From NCBI RefSeq assembly GCF_009914755.1, contig NC_060928.1: a stretch of DNA of 64,000 nucleotides; one strand, written 5' to 3'. The DNA is from the human T2T-CHM13v2.0 reference genome, Homo sapiens. The translations under genes were made by a program, and so were the position numbers. Position 1 is the stretch's first letter. The number at the start of each line of letters is the position of its first letter. The notes under the pieces were generated by a model. It was given only the letters and a program-made list of their open reading frames with translations. It did no database searches and was not told the DNA's origin. Shown here piece after piece: positions 43,581 through 55,906 of this stretch.

Positions 43581-44240
43581 GTGACTTGACTGCACATCTT
43601 TTTTTCTGGGTAATTTTAGTTTGTAAATGGCTTAGCCAAAATATATTTGTAGAGCTGCTTCACAGAAAGGTTGGGGATTCCTGCCATCTGATGTACAAAG
43701 ACAAAAACCAGAGTGATTCCTGTTGGGCCAGAAATTCAAAAATCCTACTATGGAAAATTGCTACTTGAAAATCCCAGTGGTTCATAAAACATTAATTGCA
43801 TGCTGAATTAGATTACTACTTAAAATCTTTAAACTGGGAATCCAAAAATTAATTATTTCTGTAAAATGCTAGCAGATTCTCACATGAAACGGCTAGATGG
43901 AGATAAAGAGAAAGAGCTGGTCCCAAAAAATGTACGCATGAGTGAGTATGAATGTGTGTATAGATTTTTTTTAACTTCTGTTAGTCTCACAATTCAATTA
44001 AATGAGAAATCATATTGTTAAACCCAAGGGTCAACCCAGACTCAATTTTTTTTTTGTATTCCCAGATGGTCTTATGCTTTGCCATTATGCAAGGATTAGA
44101 AAAGGACAGTATCTTTTTCTCTAATTACTGAAATATAATTGATATAAAATAAAGTGAGCATATATAAGGTTTACAGTTAATCGGTTGTGGCATATGAATT
44201 CACCTAGGCAGCCATTCCTATAATCAAAAGAGTGAGCATA

Positions 44241-44641
44241 TTTGGTTCTCTGTTCCTGTGTTAGTTTGCTAACGATAATGGCCTCTAGATCCATTCATGT
44301 CCCTTTAAAGGACATGATCTCTTTCTTTTTTATGGCTGCATTGTATTCCATGGTGTTTATGTACCAGAATTGTTTCACCCAGTCTATCATTGATGGGCAT
44401 TTAGGTTGATTTCATGATGAGCACACAGGGACACATAGAGGGGAACAACACTCACTGGGGCCTCTCAGAGGGTGGAGGGTGAAAGGAGGGAGATGATCAG
44501 GAAAAATAACTAATGGGTACTAGGTTTAATACCTGGGTGATGAAAAAATCTGTACAGAAAACCCCCATGACACAATTTTACCTATGTAGCAAACCTGTGC
44601 TTGTACCCCAAACTTAAAATAAAAGTTTTTTGTTTTTTTTA
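44241..44641 (+). mobile_element. 5'-truncated, 5'-inverted older L1PA (inverted ~44241-44416, sense ~44416-44641)
   Basis: Antisense tttggttctctgttcctgtgttagtttgct... joined to sense atgagcacacagggacacatagaggggaacaacactcactgggg...aacttaaaataaaagtt; decayed TSD aaagagtgagcatat/aaagaagcatat. Confidence 0.9.
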
Positions 44642-45025
44642 AAGAAGCATATCTATCACCCTTAACACTTTCTTTGTGCCTCTTTGTCTTCCTTCCTTCC
44701 TCCTCTCCACTCTCTGTGCCATCCCCAGGCCACCATCAATCTGCTATCTGTCACTATAAAATAATTTATATTTCCTGGAGCTTTTTATAAATGGGATCAT
44801 ACACTATATCCTTTTTTCTTGTCCAGCTTATTTTGCTCAGTATAATTATTTGGAGATTCACTCATACTGTGTGTACCAGTAGTTTTCTGCTTTTCATTGC
44901 TGGGCAGTGTTCCACTACATTGACATAACACGATTTGTTTTTTCAATTACCTGTTACTGAACATTTGGGTTTTTTTAAGTTTAACATTTTAAGAAACTGC
45001 CAAATAACTTTGCAAAGTGGTTTTA

Positions 45026-45545
45026 CTATTCAAATTCCCACCAATAATGTATGGGAATTCCAGTTCCTCCACATCTTTGTTAACATGTTCTATGGTCAGT
45101 TCTTTAATTTTAGCTATTCTAATAGATGTGTAGTAATAGTATGACATTGTAGTTTTAATTTGCATTTCTCTATTGAGCATATTTTTATGTGCTTATTTAT
45201 TATCAAGGTATTTTCTTTGATGACATGTCTATTCAAATATTTTACACAGATTTGATTGGTTTATTTTCTTATTGCATTTTGAATTTTCTACACATTCTGA
45301 ATAAAAGGCCTTCATCAGATATAAAGTTTGCAAACATTTCTCACAGAATATGAATTGTCTTCCATTCTCTTATGGATTCTTTTCAAAACATCAAAAGTTT
45401 TAAATTTTGATGAAGTCTAATTTATTTTATATGGACTTTACTTTTAATGTGGTATCTAAGAAATCTTTGCCCGACACAACATCATTCTCCTATGTTTTTT
45501 CTTAAAGTTTTATAGTTTTAGCTTTTATGTTTAGGTCTATTATTC
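45026..45545 (+). repeat. Left copy of ~520-bp direct duplication flanking HERV-H
   Basis: ctattcaaattcccacc...ttaggtctattattc; about 28 substitutions and 1 indel versus 50819-51339 (by eye). Confidence 0.97.
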
Positions 45546-45977
45546 TGTCATGCACATCCATGTGCAGAGGTCACCAAACAGGCTTTGTGTGAGCAATAAA
45601 GCTTTTTGATCACCTGGGTGCAGGTGGGCTAAGTCCGAAAAAGGAGTCAGCGAAGGGAGATAGGGGTTGGGCAGTTTTATAGGATTTGGGTAGTAGCAGA
45701 AAATTACAGTCAAAGGGGTTGTTCTCTGGTGGGAAGGGGCAGGAGTCACAAGGTGCTCAGTGGGGGAGCTTCTGAGCCAGGAGAAGGAATTTCACAAGGT
45801 TAATTGCTCAGTTTAGGTGGGGTAGGAACAAATCACAATGGTGGAATGTCATCAATTAAGGCAGGAATCAGCCATTTTCACTTCTTTTGTGATTCTTCAG
45901 TTGCTTCAGGCCATTTGGATGTATACGTGCAGGTCACAGGGGATATGATGGCTTAGCTTGGGCTCAGAGGCCTGACA
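45546..45977 (-). mobile_element. HERV-H 3' LTR (LTR7 family), 432 bp, both termini intact
   Basis: Minus strand reads TGTCAGGCCTCTGAGCCCAAGCTAAGCC...GCATGACA; TATA cctataaaac. Confidence 0.95.
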
Positions 45978-46499
45978 TTCCTGTCTTCTTATATTAATAA
46001 GAAAAATAAGAAAAATAAAACAAAATAGTGTTGAAGCATTGGGGCAGTGAAAATTTTGGGGGGTGATATGGAGAGATAATGGGCGATTTTTTTCATGGCT
46101 GTTTCGAGCAGGATTGGGGTGGCATGGGAACCTAGAGTGGGAGAAATTAAGCTGAAGGAAGATTTTGTGGTAAGGGGTGATATTGTGGGGTTGTTAGAAG
46201 GAGCATTTGTCATACAGAATGATTGGTGATCGCCTGGATGCGGTTTTGTATGAATTGAGAAACTAAACAGAAGGCACAAGGTCCAAATAAGAGAAGGAGA
46301 AAAACAGGTATCAAAGGACTAAGAATTGGGAGGACCCAGGACATCCAATTAGAGAGTGCCCAAGGGGGTTCAGCATAATATCTTGCTTGGTTGGTGAATT
46401 TTGGGGCTCTATCCTTGACAGAGTCCTCCTTTTTAAGTTGGAGGCTGAGCTTGGTGAGGTGTGTTTTTAAAAGACCATTAGTCCCGTTCTACCTTTCCT

Positions 46500-48633
46500 G
46501 AAGATTGAGGACGGTAAGGGGTATGAAATTTCCATTGAATACCAAGAGCCTGAGAAACTGCTTAGCTGATTTGACTAATAAAGTCCGGTCCATTATTGGA
46601 CTGTATAGAGGTGGGAAGGCCAAACCGAGGTATTATGTCTTACAGAAGGGAAGAAATGACCACTGTGGCCTTTTCAGACCATGTGGGAAAGGCCTCTACC
46701 CATCTAGTGAAAGTATGTACCCAGACAAAGAGGTATTTTAGTTTCCTGACTAGGGGCATGTGAATAAAGTCAATTTGCCAGTCCTGGGCAGGGGCAAATC
46801 CCTGAGCTTGATGTGTAGGGAAGAGAGGGGGCCTGAACAATCCCCAAGGAGTAGTAGAATAGCAGATGAAACACTGAGAAGTGATTTCATTGAGGATAGA
46901 GTCCTATGATGGAAAGGAAATGAGAGGTTGGTTCTAAGAGGTGGGCTAGCGGCTTGTAACCTACATGGAAGAGGTAATGAAATGACGACAGAATAGAACG
47001 GGCTTGTGAGGCTGGAAGGAGATTCTTTTTTGGTCTAAGAACCATCTGCCTTGAGTGGTGAGGGATCGATAGGTGGAAACTTCAGTGGGAGAGTAAATAG
47101 GAGTGACTGATGAGGAGAAAAACTGGCCATGAGGGACAGAAGTAGGAATATTGGCTGCTTTTTTAGCTATCTTATCAGCATAATTGTTGCCTTGAGCAAT
47201 GGGGTCTGAGGCCCTTTAATGGCCTTTGCAGTGAATGACTCCAGCTTTTTTTTTTTTTTGGAAGTAAAGCAGCCTTGAGAAGAGTTTTTATTAAAGAGGT
47301 ATTAATGATGGAGGACCCTTGTGTAGTGAGGAAACTTCTTTCTGCCCATGTAATAGCATGGTGGTGAAGGATGTGGAAGACATACTTGGAATCAGTGTAG
47401 ATATTGACACATAGTCCCTTTGCCACACAGAGATATGAGGGCTTGCCCAAAACTGTGAGGTCAAGTTGTTTGGACAGAAAGGCTACAGGGCTCGGTCCTG
47501 GCTTTTGTGTAAGGAATTCCAACTGCATAGCCCTGTACTTTGGCTGTGTGTAATGAAAAGAGTTGGGATGAGTTAGGGAGAGCTAGTGTGGAAGCAGCTT
47601 CTAGGGCTGTTTTTAAGGAATGGAGAAAGGAGTGGAGAAAGGATTTAGGATGTATGGGGTCAGCTATGTTTCCTTCTGTGAGTTTATATAATGGTTTAGT
47701 CAGGATGGTAAAACTAGGTATCCAAAGGCAAAAGTACCTAGCCATGCCTACGAGGAAAAGAGCTGTTGTTTTGTAGAAGGGGTTGAGGTTTGGAGATTAG
47801 CCACACACAATCAGTAGGGAGAGCACATGTGTTTTTATGAAGAATTATGCGGAGATAGGTAATAGATGAGGAAGAAACTTAGGCTTTGGAGGGGGATATG
47901 TGATATCCCTTTGAGAATAGATATTGGAGGAGCAGGAGTGTGTCCTGTTGGGAAGATTTGTAAGAGGTGCTGCAGATAAGGTGAATATCCTGAACTAGCC
48001 CATAAGATTTGTCCAGTTTCTGGACAGGTGGGGTAGGGGAGTTGTAAGGAGAATGTGTAGGCTTTAAAAGGCCGTGTTGTAACAGGCAAGTGATAGCAGG
48101 CTTTAGTCCTCGTAAAGTCTGTTGTGGGATGTGGTACTGGCATTGAGCCAGGTAAGAGTGATTAGGTTTTAATGGGATCGTAAGGCATGCCTGATGGGTC
48201 ACCAAGGAGGAAGTAGAGGTGTCCCATACTTGTGGATTAAGGTAGGGAGACACAAGGGGAGGATGCAAAGGAGGCTATGAACTGGGGAAAAGGGTGGCAA
48301 TAAGGTGTGGCTGTCGTACAGGAATAGTCAGGGAAGCAGATAATTTAGTTAAAATATCTTGAGTTAATAAGGGAGCTGGGCAGGTGGGGATAACTAAAAA
48401 GGAGTGTATAAAAGAATATTGTCTAAATTGGCACCAGAGTTGGGGAGTTTTAAGAGGTTTAGAAGCCTGGCCGTCAATACCACAGCAGTTATGGAGGCAA
48501 GGGAAACAGGCCCTTGAAAAGAAGGTAATGTGGAGTGGGTAGCCTCCATATTGATTAAGAAGAGGACAGACCTACTCTTCATTGTAAGAGTTACCCAAAG
48601 TGTCTGTGATGGTCCAGGAGGCTTCCAAGGCAA
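46500..48633 (-). pseudogene. HERV-H pro-pol remnant (PR, deleted RT, RNase H, integrase)
   Basis: FLINMEATHSTLP (PR); PYNSPTPPVQKLDKSYGLVQDIHLI (RT); VNIYTDSKYVFHILHHH (RNase H); DWQIDFIHMPLVRKLKYLFVWVHTFTRWVEAFPT (IN); many frameshifts and deletions. Confidence 0.92.
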
Positions 48634-48643
48634 TTGGGCAGCA

Positions 48644-49760
48644 TCAATCTTCAGCCGCTAAGCTGAGAAGATCCGGGAAGGAGTCAGTCAGGGAGCCTTG
48701 GGCCAGAGTTCCAGGGGCTCTGGGAGTGGCTGCCAGGTGAGTTGGACAGTCCGATTTCCAGTGGGGTCCCACACAGATGGGACATGGCTTAGGAGAAAAC
48801 CTTGGCTGTGGGCATTCCTTGGCCCAGTGGCCAGATTTCCAGCACTTGAAGCAAGATCCTGGGGGAGGCAGTCCTGGAGGAATGCCTGGCCACTGTGGTT
48901 CAGGCATTTTGAAGTTCTTGTGTGCTGTAGATATGGCTGGGGTTTCTCTCACAGTGGAGGCAAGTAATTGCAACTCAGAAATACGTTGCTACTTGGCTGC
49001 CTCTTTTATTGTACACCTTGATGGCGAGGTTAGTTAAGTCCTGTTGCAGGGTTTGAAGGTCAGAATCTAATTTTTAGAGCTTTTTCTAATGTCGGGAGCT
49101 GGTTGGGTAATAAAATGAATATTGAGAATAAGAGAGCCTTCTGGCCCCTCTGAGTCTAGGGCGGTAAAGCGTCTAAGGGGTGTTGCCAAATGGGCCATGA
49201 ACTGGGTTGAGTTTTTATGTTTGATGAAAAAGAGCCTAAATTCTAACTGATTTGGGAGATGTCAGATAAAGGAAAAGGAGCATTAACTTTGGCTATGCCT
49301 TCAGCTTCAGCCACCTCTTCAAGAGGAAATTGTTGGGCAGGTGGGGGAGGGCTAGTTGACGAATGAAACTGTAAGCCAGACTGGGTGTGAGGAGGGAAGG
49401 TGATAAAAGGACTATAGGGTGGGGGAGTGGAGGCTGAGGGCTGAGGAAGAATTGGGGCCAGGCTCGGCCTGGTGAGGAGCAGCCTGGGGAGGAGTGGAGA
49501 GGTCGGATGGGTCCGTAGAAAAGGAGGATTCAAAGGACTCAGAGCTTGGAGTGGAGACTGAAGGAACAGACAGGAGAGAAAGAAGAAAGATTTGGGACAA
49601 GTCACATTGGGAGCAGAGGCTAGGGAGGGACCAATGTGTAAAAGGATGCCTGGACATCAGGCATCTCAGAACCATTTGCCCATTTTTCAACAAAAATCAT
49701 CCAGATCTTGTAAAATGGAGAAATCCAAAGTGCCATTTTCTGGCTATTTAGAACAATTAT
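48644..49760 (-). pseudogene. HERV-H gag remnant
   Basis: NC zinc knuckles CFKCWKSGHWAKEC and CPICVGPHWKSDC (ORF 48644..48973); PPPYSP...QFPLEEVAEAEGIAKVNAPFPLSDISQIS (ORF 49243..49605). Confidence 0.92.
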
Positions 49761-50440
49761 CGAGTTTGTACTGGGGCCAAGCGGTGTTGCAGAAGAAAAT
49801 AAGACGCTTAGATTTTAGATCAAGTAAGAGTCAAAGAGGTTTTAAGTTTTTGAGAACACAGGCTAAAGGAGAAGGGGTAATGGAGGGTGGAAGGTTGCCC
49901 ATAGTGAAGGAGGCAAGCCCAGAGAAAAGAGAGGGTAGAGACATGGAGAAGGGGGATGGTGAGCAGCCAAAGCAGGCATCCCCGCAATTGACTTGCCACC
50001 AAGGGAATGTGGGTGAATGACCAAGACAGGCATCCCTGTGGTGATCAGACACCAATGCAGTGTGGGTGAATAATCAGGCAGGCATCCCCGTAGTGATTAG
50101 ACACCAAGGGAAGACCGTCTTCCCAAGTCCGTGACTGGCACTGGAGTTTTGGGTCCATGGATAAAATGTGTCTCCTTTGTCGCTACTAGAGAGGAAAAAG
50201 AACTGGAATTGGAAGGACAGGGGGATTGAAGGGTAGCGACAGAGGGAGATAGAAGGGTGCAAGAGAGGCTGGAGAAGAGAGTGAAAAGACTGCTTATCTG
50301 ATTTGAAATTGGTAAGATGTTCCTTGGGCTGTTTGGTCTGAGGACCCGAGATCGTAGGTGGATCTCCTCACAGAGTGAGGACAAGGACAGAGGACTGGTC
50401 TCCCAAAGGAGTCCTCCTGTCCCAGGTCTTCAACACCAAA

Positions 50441-50818
50441 TGTCATGCACGTCCGTGTGAAGAGACCATCAAACAGGCTTTGTATGAGCAATAAAGATTT
50501 TAATCACCTGGGTGTAGGTGAGCTGAGTCCAAAAAAGGAGTCAGTGAAGGGAGATAGGGGTTGGGCAGTTTTATAGGATTTGGGTAGGTAATGGAAAATT
50601 ACAGTCAAAGGGTTGTTCTCTGGTGAGCAGAGGCAGGGGTCACAAGGTGCTCAGTGGGGGAGCTTCTGAGCCAGGAGAAGGAATTTCACAAGGTAATGTC
50701 ATCAGTTAAGGCAGAAACCAGCCATTTTCACTTCTTTTGTGATTCTTCAGTTGCTTCAGGCCATTTGGATGTATACGTGCAGGTCACAGGGGATATGATG
50801 GCTTAGCTTGGGCTCAGA
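50441..50818 (-). promoter_or_regulatory. HERV-H 5' LTR (LTR7 family), 378 bp; potential leftward promoter; terminal 9 bp missing
   Basis: Homologous to 45546-45977. It retains TATA (gttttatagg on +, ~50568-50577) but lacks ggcctgaca at its right end and a 44-bp U3 block. Promoter activity cannot be judged from sequence. Confidence 0.85.
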
Positions 50819-51339
50819 CTATTCAAATTCCCACCAACAGTGTCTGGGAATTCCAGTTCCTCCACATCTTTGTCAACATGTGCTATGGTCAGTTCTTTAA
50901 TTTTAGCTATTCTAATAGAGGTGTAGTAATAGTATGACATTGTGGTTTTAATTTGCATTTCTCTATTGAGCATATTTTTATGTGCTTATTTATTATTAAG
51001 GTATTTTCTTTGATGACATGTCTATTCAAATATTTTACACAGATTTAATTGGTTTATTTTCTCATTGAATTTTGAGTTTTCTACACATTCTTAATAAAAG
51101 GACTTCATCAGATGTAAAGTTTGCAAACATTTGTCATCGAATATGAATTATCTTCCATTCTCTTATGGATTCTTTTCAAAACATCAAAAGTTTTAAATTT
51201 TGATGAAGTCTAATTTATTTTATATAGACTTTACTTTTAATGTGGTATCTAAGAAATCTTTGCCCAACACAAGGTCATCCTCCTATGTTTTCTTCTGAAA
51301 GTTTTATAGTTTTAGCTTTTACACTTAGGTCTATTATTC
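50819..51339 (+). repeat. Right copy of ~520-bp direct duplication flanking HERV-H
   Basis: Collinear with 45026-45545; begins exactly at the truncated LTR end. Confidence 0.97.
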
Positions 51340-51418
51340 CTTTTCAATTTAATTAATTATAGATTCAAATCTGTTATTTTCAAGTGGATATCTAAATTTT
51401 TAGCTCTATTTGTTGAAA

Positions 51419-51899
51419 GGTCTCAGTGGGCTAAAATCAAGGTGTTTGCAGAGCTGTTCCTTCTGGAGACCATAAGGGAGAATCTATTTCTTTGCCTCTT
51501 CTATTAGGTTGGTGCAAAAGTAATTGTGGTTTGTCATTGAAAGTAACGGTAAAAACTGCAATTACTTCTGCACCAACCTAATAGCTTCAAGAAGCTACCC
51601 ACATTCCTTGGCTCAAGATCTCCTTCTGTCTTCAAGCCAATATGTCAGCCCAAATCTTTCTCAAATAGCCATCATTCGGGTTTTCCCTCAGCTGCCTTTC
51701 TCTCTCACTTATAAGGCAATTTCTGATTAGATTGAATCCATCTGTATAACCTAGGCTATTCTCATCTCAAAGTCAGCTGATTTGCAAACTTAATTCTATC
51801 TACATCTTTAATTTCCTTTTCTGTATAACCTAACATATTCACAAATTCTAAAGATTGAATGTGGACATATTTAGGGAAGGCATTATTTTGCCTACCACA
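51419..51899 (-). mobile_element. MaLR LTR (MLT1C/E-like), partial
   Basis: gggctaaaatcaaggtgtttgcagagctg...cacattccttggctc...cattattttgcctaccaca. Confidence 0.8.
51504..51581. mobile_element. MADE1 (Hsmar1-derived MITE) inserted in MLT1
   Basis: ttaggttggtgcaaaagtaattg...caattacttctgcaccaacctaa palindrome with TA duplications at 51502-51503 and 51582-51583. Confidence 0.95.
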
Positions 51900-52679
51900 C
51901 ATGTTTGCTTAAATTCATGTTTTCCTATTCTAAAAACTATTCTCCATCCTTTACAATAGGTCTGGTACTCTTATCAATTATTCTACCACTCATCAGAGGC
52001 TAATCAGTTAGCTTTGTCTTGTGGCAGTAAAATAAACAATACTTTGCTTTAATAAATGAAAGTCAATGCCAATGTCATAATGTACAATAAACCATACATT
52101 TAACTTGGAAAACCATGTATCTATTTCTATTTTTTGAGAAGCACCATTGAACTAGCTAAACAGCCATCATAGTAAGTGCTTAGGTAAAAACTGAGCAAAT
52201 ATCTATTATAGTAATTTCATTAAAATGTATTCCTTCATTGAATGGGTTATATGCATTAACCTTTCATGTATTCTCAATTTTAAGCATATTTCATTGTGTA
52301 AAACTAAAATAATGACTATAGTTACTATTTACTTTGTGCTTTCTGTGTGCCAGAGAGTCTGTGAAGCACTTATTACTTTGCTCAATCCTTATGACAATCG
52401 CCAGGAGGTAGGTTTTGTTATCCCAATTGCAGAGCAAGCTGAAGTACAAAGGGAAAGAGACATTAAATAATGTGCCTATTGAGTAGAGGAGCTACTGCTT
52501 GATGCCTAGTCCATATTTTTATAACCATGATACCACACTGCACTGTAGAGAAGCACACAGTCTGGCAGGTACAACATTAGGAGAAACCCAGAGACCAGAA
52601 CTCTTGTTCTTAAGCTTCATCTTAAGCCAGCCCCGGACTTGTCCACAATATTCTTGCTTGCTCACTTTTGACCTTTATT

Positions 52680-53000
52680 AATCAGCTTTTGTTAGGTTAT
52701 GCTGCAGAAAAAAAAATCCTTGTGGCTTTCAACAACAAAAATTAATTTCTCCCTCACATTGCATGGACCTCACTGGCAACACCTATCTGAAATAGGCTGA
52801 TCACCTTGTAGAAGAAGAACAAAGATGGCAACATCTGCAATGGTTCTTAAAGCTTCCACTTCAAAGGGGCATGCATCCACTCACTTCTCTTTTGTCTAAG
52901 TAAGTCACACAAGGTCAAACCTGACATCCGCTAAGCAGACATATAATCCTCAAACAGAAAGAGGCAGCAAATTTGGAGAACAATCAGAAAATCTATCACA
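52680..53000 (-). mobile_element. Old MaLR LTR (MLT1J/K-like)
   Basis: gttaggttatgctgcag...gtggctttcaacaacaaaaattaatttctc...ggttcttaaagcttcc...aagtaagtcacacaaggtcaaacctgacatc. Confidence 0.55.
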
Positions 53001-53786
53001 ACCTCTTACTTCATCTTTCTATTCCTCGAGTTTAACCCTAATCCTCCCATTTAGAATCTTTACCCATTGCTTTCTCAGCTCTCAAACTCACCCTACATCT
53101 GTCCTTTGTCACACAATGTACTACTTTTTTCTTCTTCCCTGTCTCACTGCTTGCCAGGTGTACATCTGCTAAATGAACCCCTTCAGTTAGGTCTGCAGAT
53201 TTTCCCCTATAAATGGCTCTAACAGAGCCCCAGTGTCCAGGGATCCACTTCTCTGGCATTAGTTTACATAGATATTTCCTGAATTTACTGAATGACTTCA
53301 GTCTGAATCTAAAAAGCACATTCCATACTCAATAGCAGATAGCCTAAAGGAAAGGGATCTCTACTATATGATAAAAATGTACTCTAGCTACAGAAAAAAG
53401 TTAATCAAGAAGAAAACATTTTGGGGGCATAATTTTCATTTCTGCCTAATTTTTTACACCTGCAAATGCTACAGTCGTTATTCCTTGTATGAGGAGAAAT
53501 TGCCATTATTGTGACCTGGGCTTTTTATTTTTATAAAAAAATAGAATAAACTTATTCTGTATTACTGAAACTTCTGTTGTTTTCACTATCAATTTTAAGA
53601 TTAGTTGTGACTTTGCATAGGTCTATATAATCTTTTAAAAATAGTTTATAACACAATTTGACTTACGTTGTATACTTAAACTGCTTTAAATTATATTGTA
53701 AACTTGTCATCTCTCTGGTCAAGGAAAAGCTTTGATAAAATGTTTTGATAAATAGATGATTAAACAGATGAAAACATACTCCTTAG

Positions 53787-54425
<639 letters not shown>

Positions 54426-55547
54426 TCTTAGAGAAATGGATGTAAAGGTTAGCCAATGCTGGTTAGCGAGGCTAATTAGGTTCCAAGATAAAAACACAGG
54501 AGAGAGCTGTGTCCATGGCAATGATCTAATCAAGGCCTCTTCATGGTCCCATTGCTGAAAGGTGACATTTGTCAGGAAGACTATTCAGGATGCAAAGGGA
54601 GATACAGCTAATTTTACTGTAGACTGAGAGTTTGTAAGATAATTCATAAACAAAGGAGAAGCAGGCAAAACATGCCACTGAACTGAAGATTTCCTTGGTG
54701 TTCATTACTCCATGAATTATACCAGTGGAAATCTGAACTCTAGGGGAGGCATGCGATCATGAGCAGTGAAGTGTAACTCAGAATATAACACAAACACTCA
54801 GTCATGAGCCTGTGCTTACCATTGTCTTGGCACACAGTTGGTATTCAATTAATAATTGTGGGATGAATAAATGAATGAATCAGAGCCACAGCAGGTCAAC
54901 AAGGAGACAGAAGCGTTGGTGAACTAGCAGCATTTAGGTGAGTTTGACATAAATTTAGCCTCTTTTAGCCTGCTGATTCATTCATTTCTGGTTCTTAGAG
55001 GGGCTGCTGTACTGTGTGCCCAGATAGAAGTACATATGCTGAGGAAATGTTTACATAGGAAAATATGATCAAGTTTTAAATCTCCAATGCCCTCTCTAAA
55101 CTCTTGTTTCATTGGTTTAAGCCGTTTAAGTTTGAGTTTTGTTATTATTTTACTTAGTGTTACTTTGTTTTGCTTAGACTTGAGTTCCAAAATCTGAAAT
55201 TAGATGTGTACTAGTCATGCAATCTGAACAAAAATTCTCGAATCTAACAAAGCCTAACTTATCCAGAGTACAGTTAATCTGGCAATGTTAAATACCCAAG
55301 AACCAGGAAGTAATCAATCAGTATGTTGAAGCATCAGTAAGGATGTCTCAAAATCCATGCCTCAGAACCCATGTATTTAATTCATAGAAGTGACTATGAT
55401 ATTCAGGTTTCTTTTCTGAAGAAAATTAAAATAAGAAATAATAATAGTTTTTGAGTTCTTACTGGACGAACACTTTATTGTATGAAACATATTATTTTCA
55501 TTCATGTTCTACAGATGAGGAAACAGGGGATTAAAAATTTGGGCTTT

Positions 55548-55906
<359 letters not shown>

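Larger units (their letters stand above)
44115..45545 (-). mobile_element. Old L1M element (host of a nested L1PA and of HERV-H; continues at 50819-~51420)
   Basis: Antisense L1 3' region and ORF2 end (aactgccaaataactttgcaaagtgg, ttttaatttgcatttctc); ORF 44989..45180 REMQIKTTMSY resembles the ORF2 C-terminus. Confidence 0.85.
45546..50818 (-). mobile_element. HERV-H provirus, internally deleted type (~5.27 kb)
   Basis: Two LTR7-family LTRs, PBS at ~50420-50438, PPT aagaagacaggaa at 45978-45990, and gag/pro/pol/env remnants in retroviral order on the minus strand. Confidence 0.97.

Noticed and set aside
45026-51339. The 520-bp duplication as two independent L1 insertions or an assembly error
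   Set aside because: The copies are ~94.5% identical with collinear decayed features, too similar for independent old L1M copies and too different for a mis-assembly, and their ends coincide exactly with the proviral ends.
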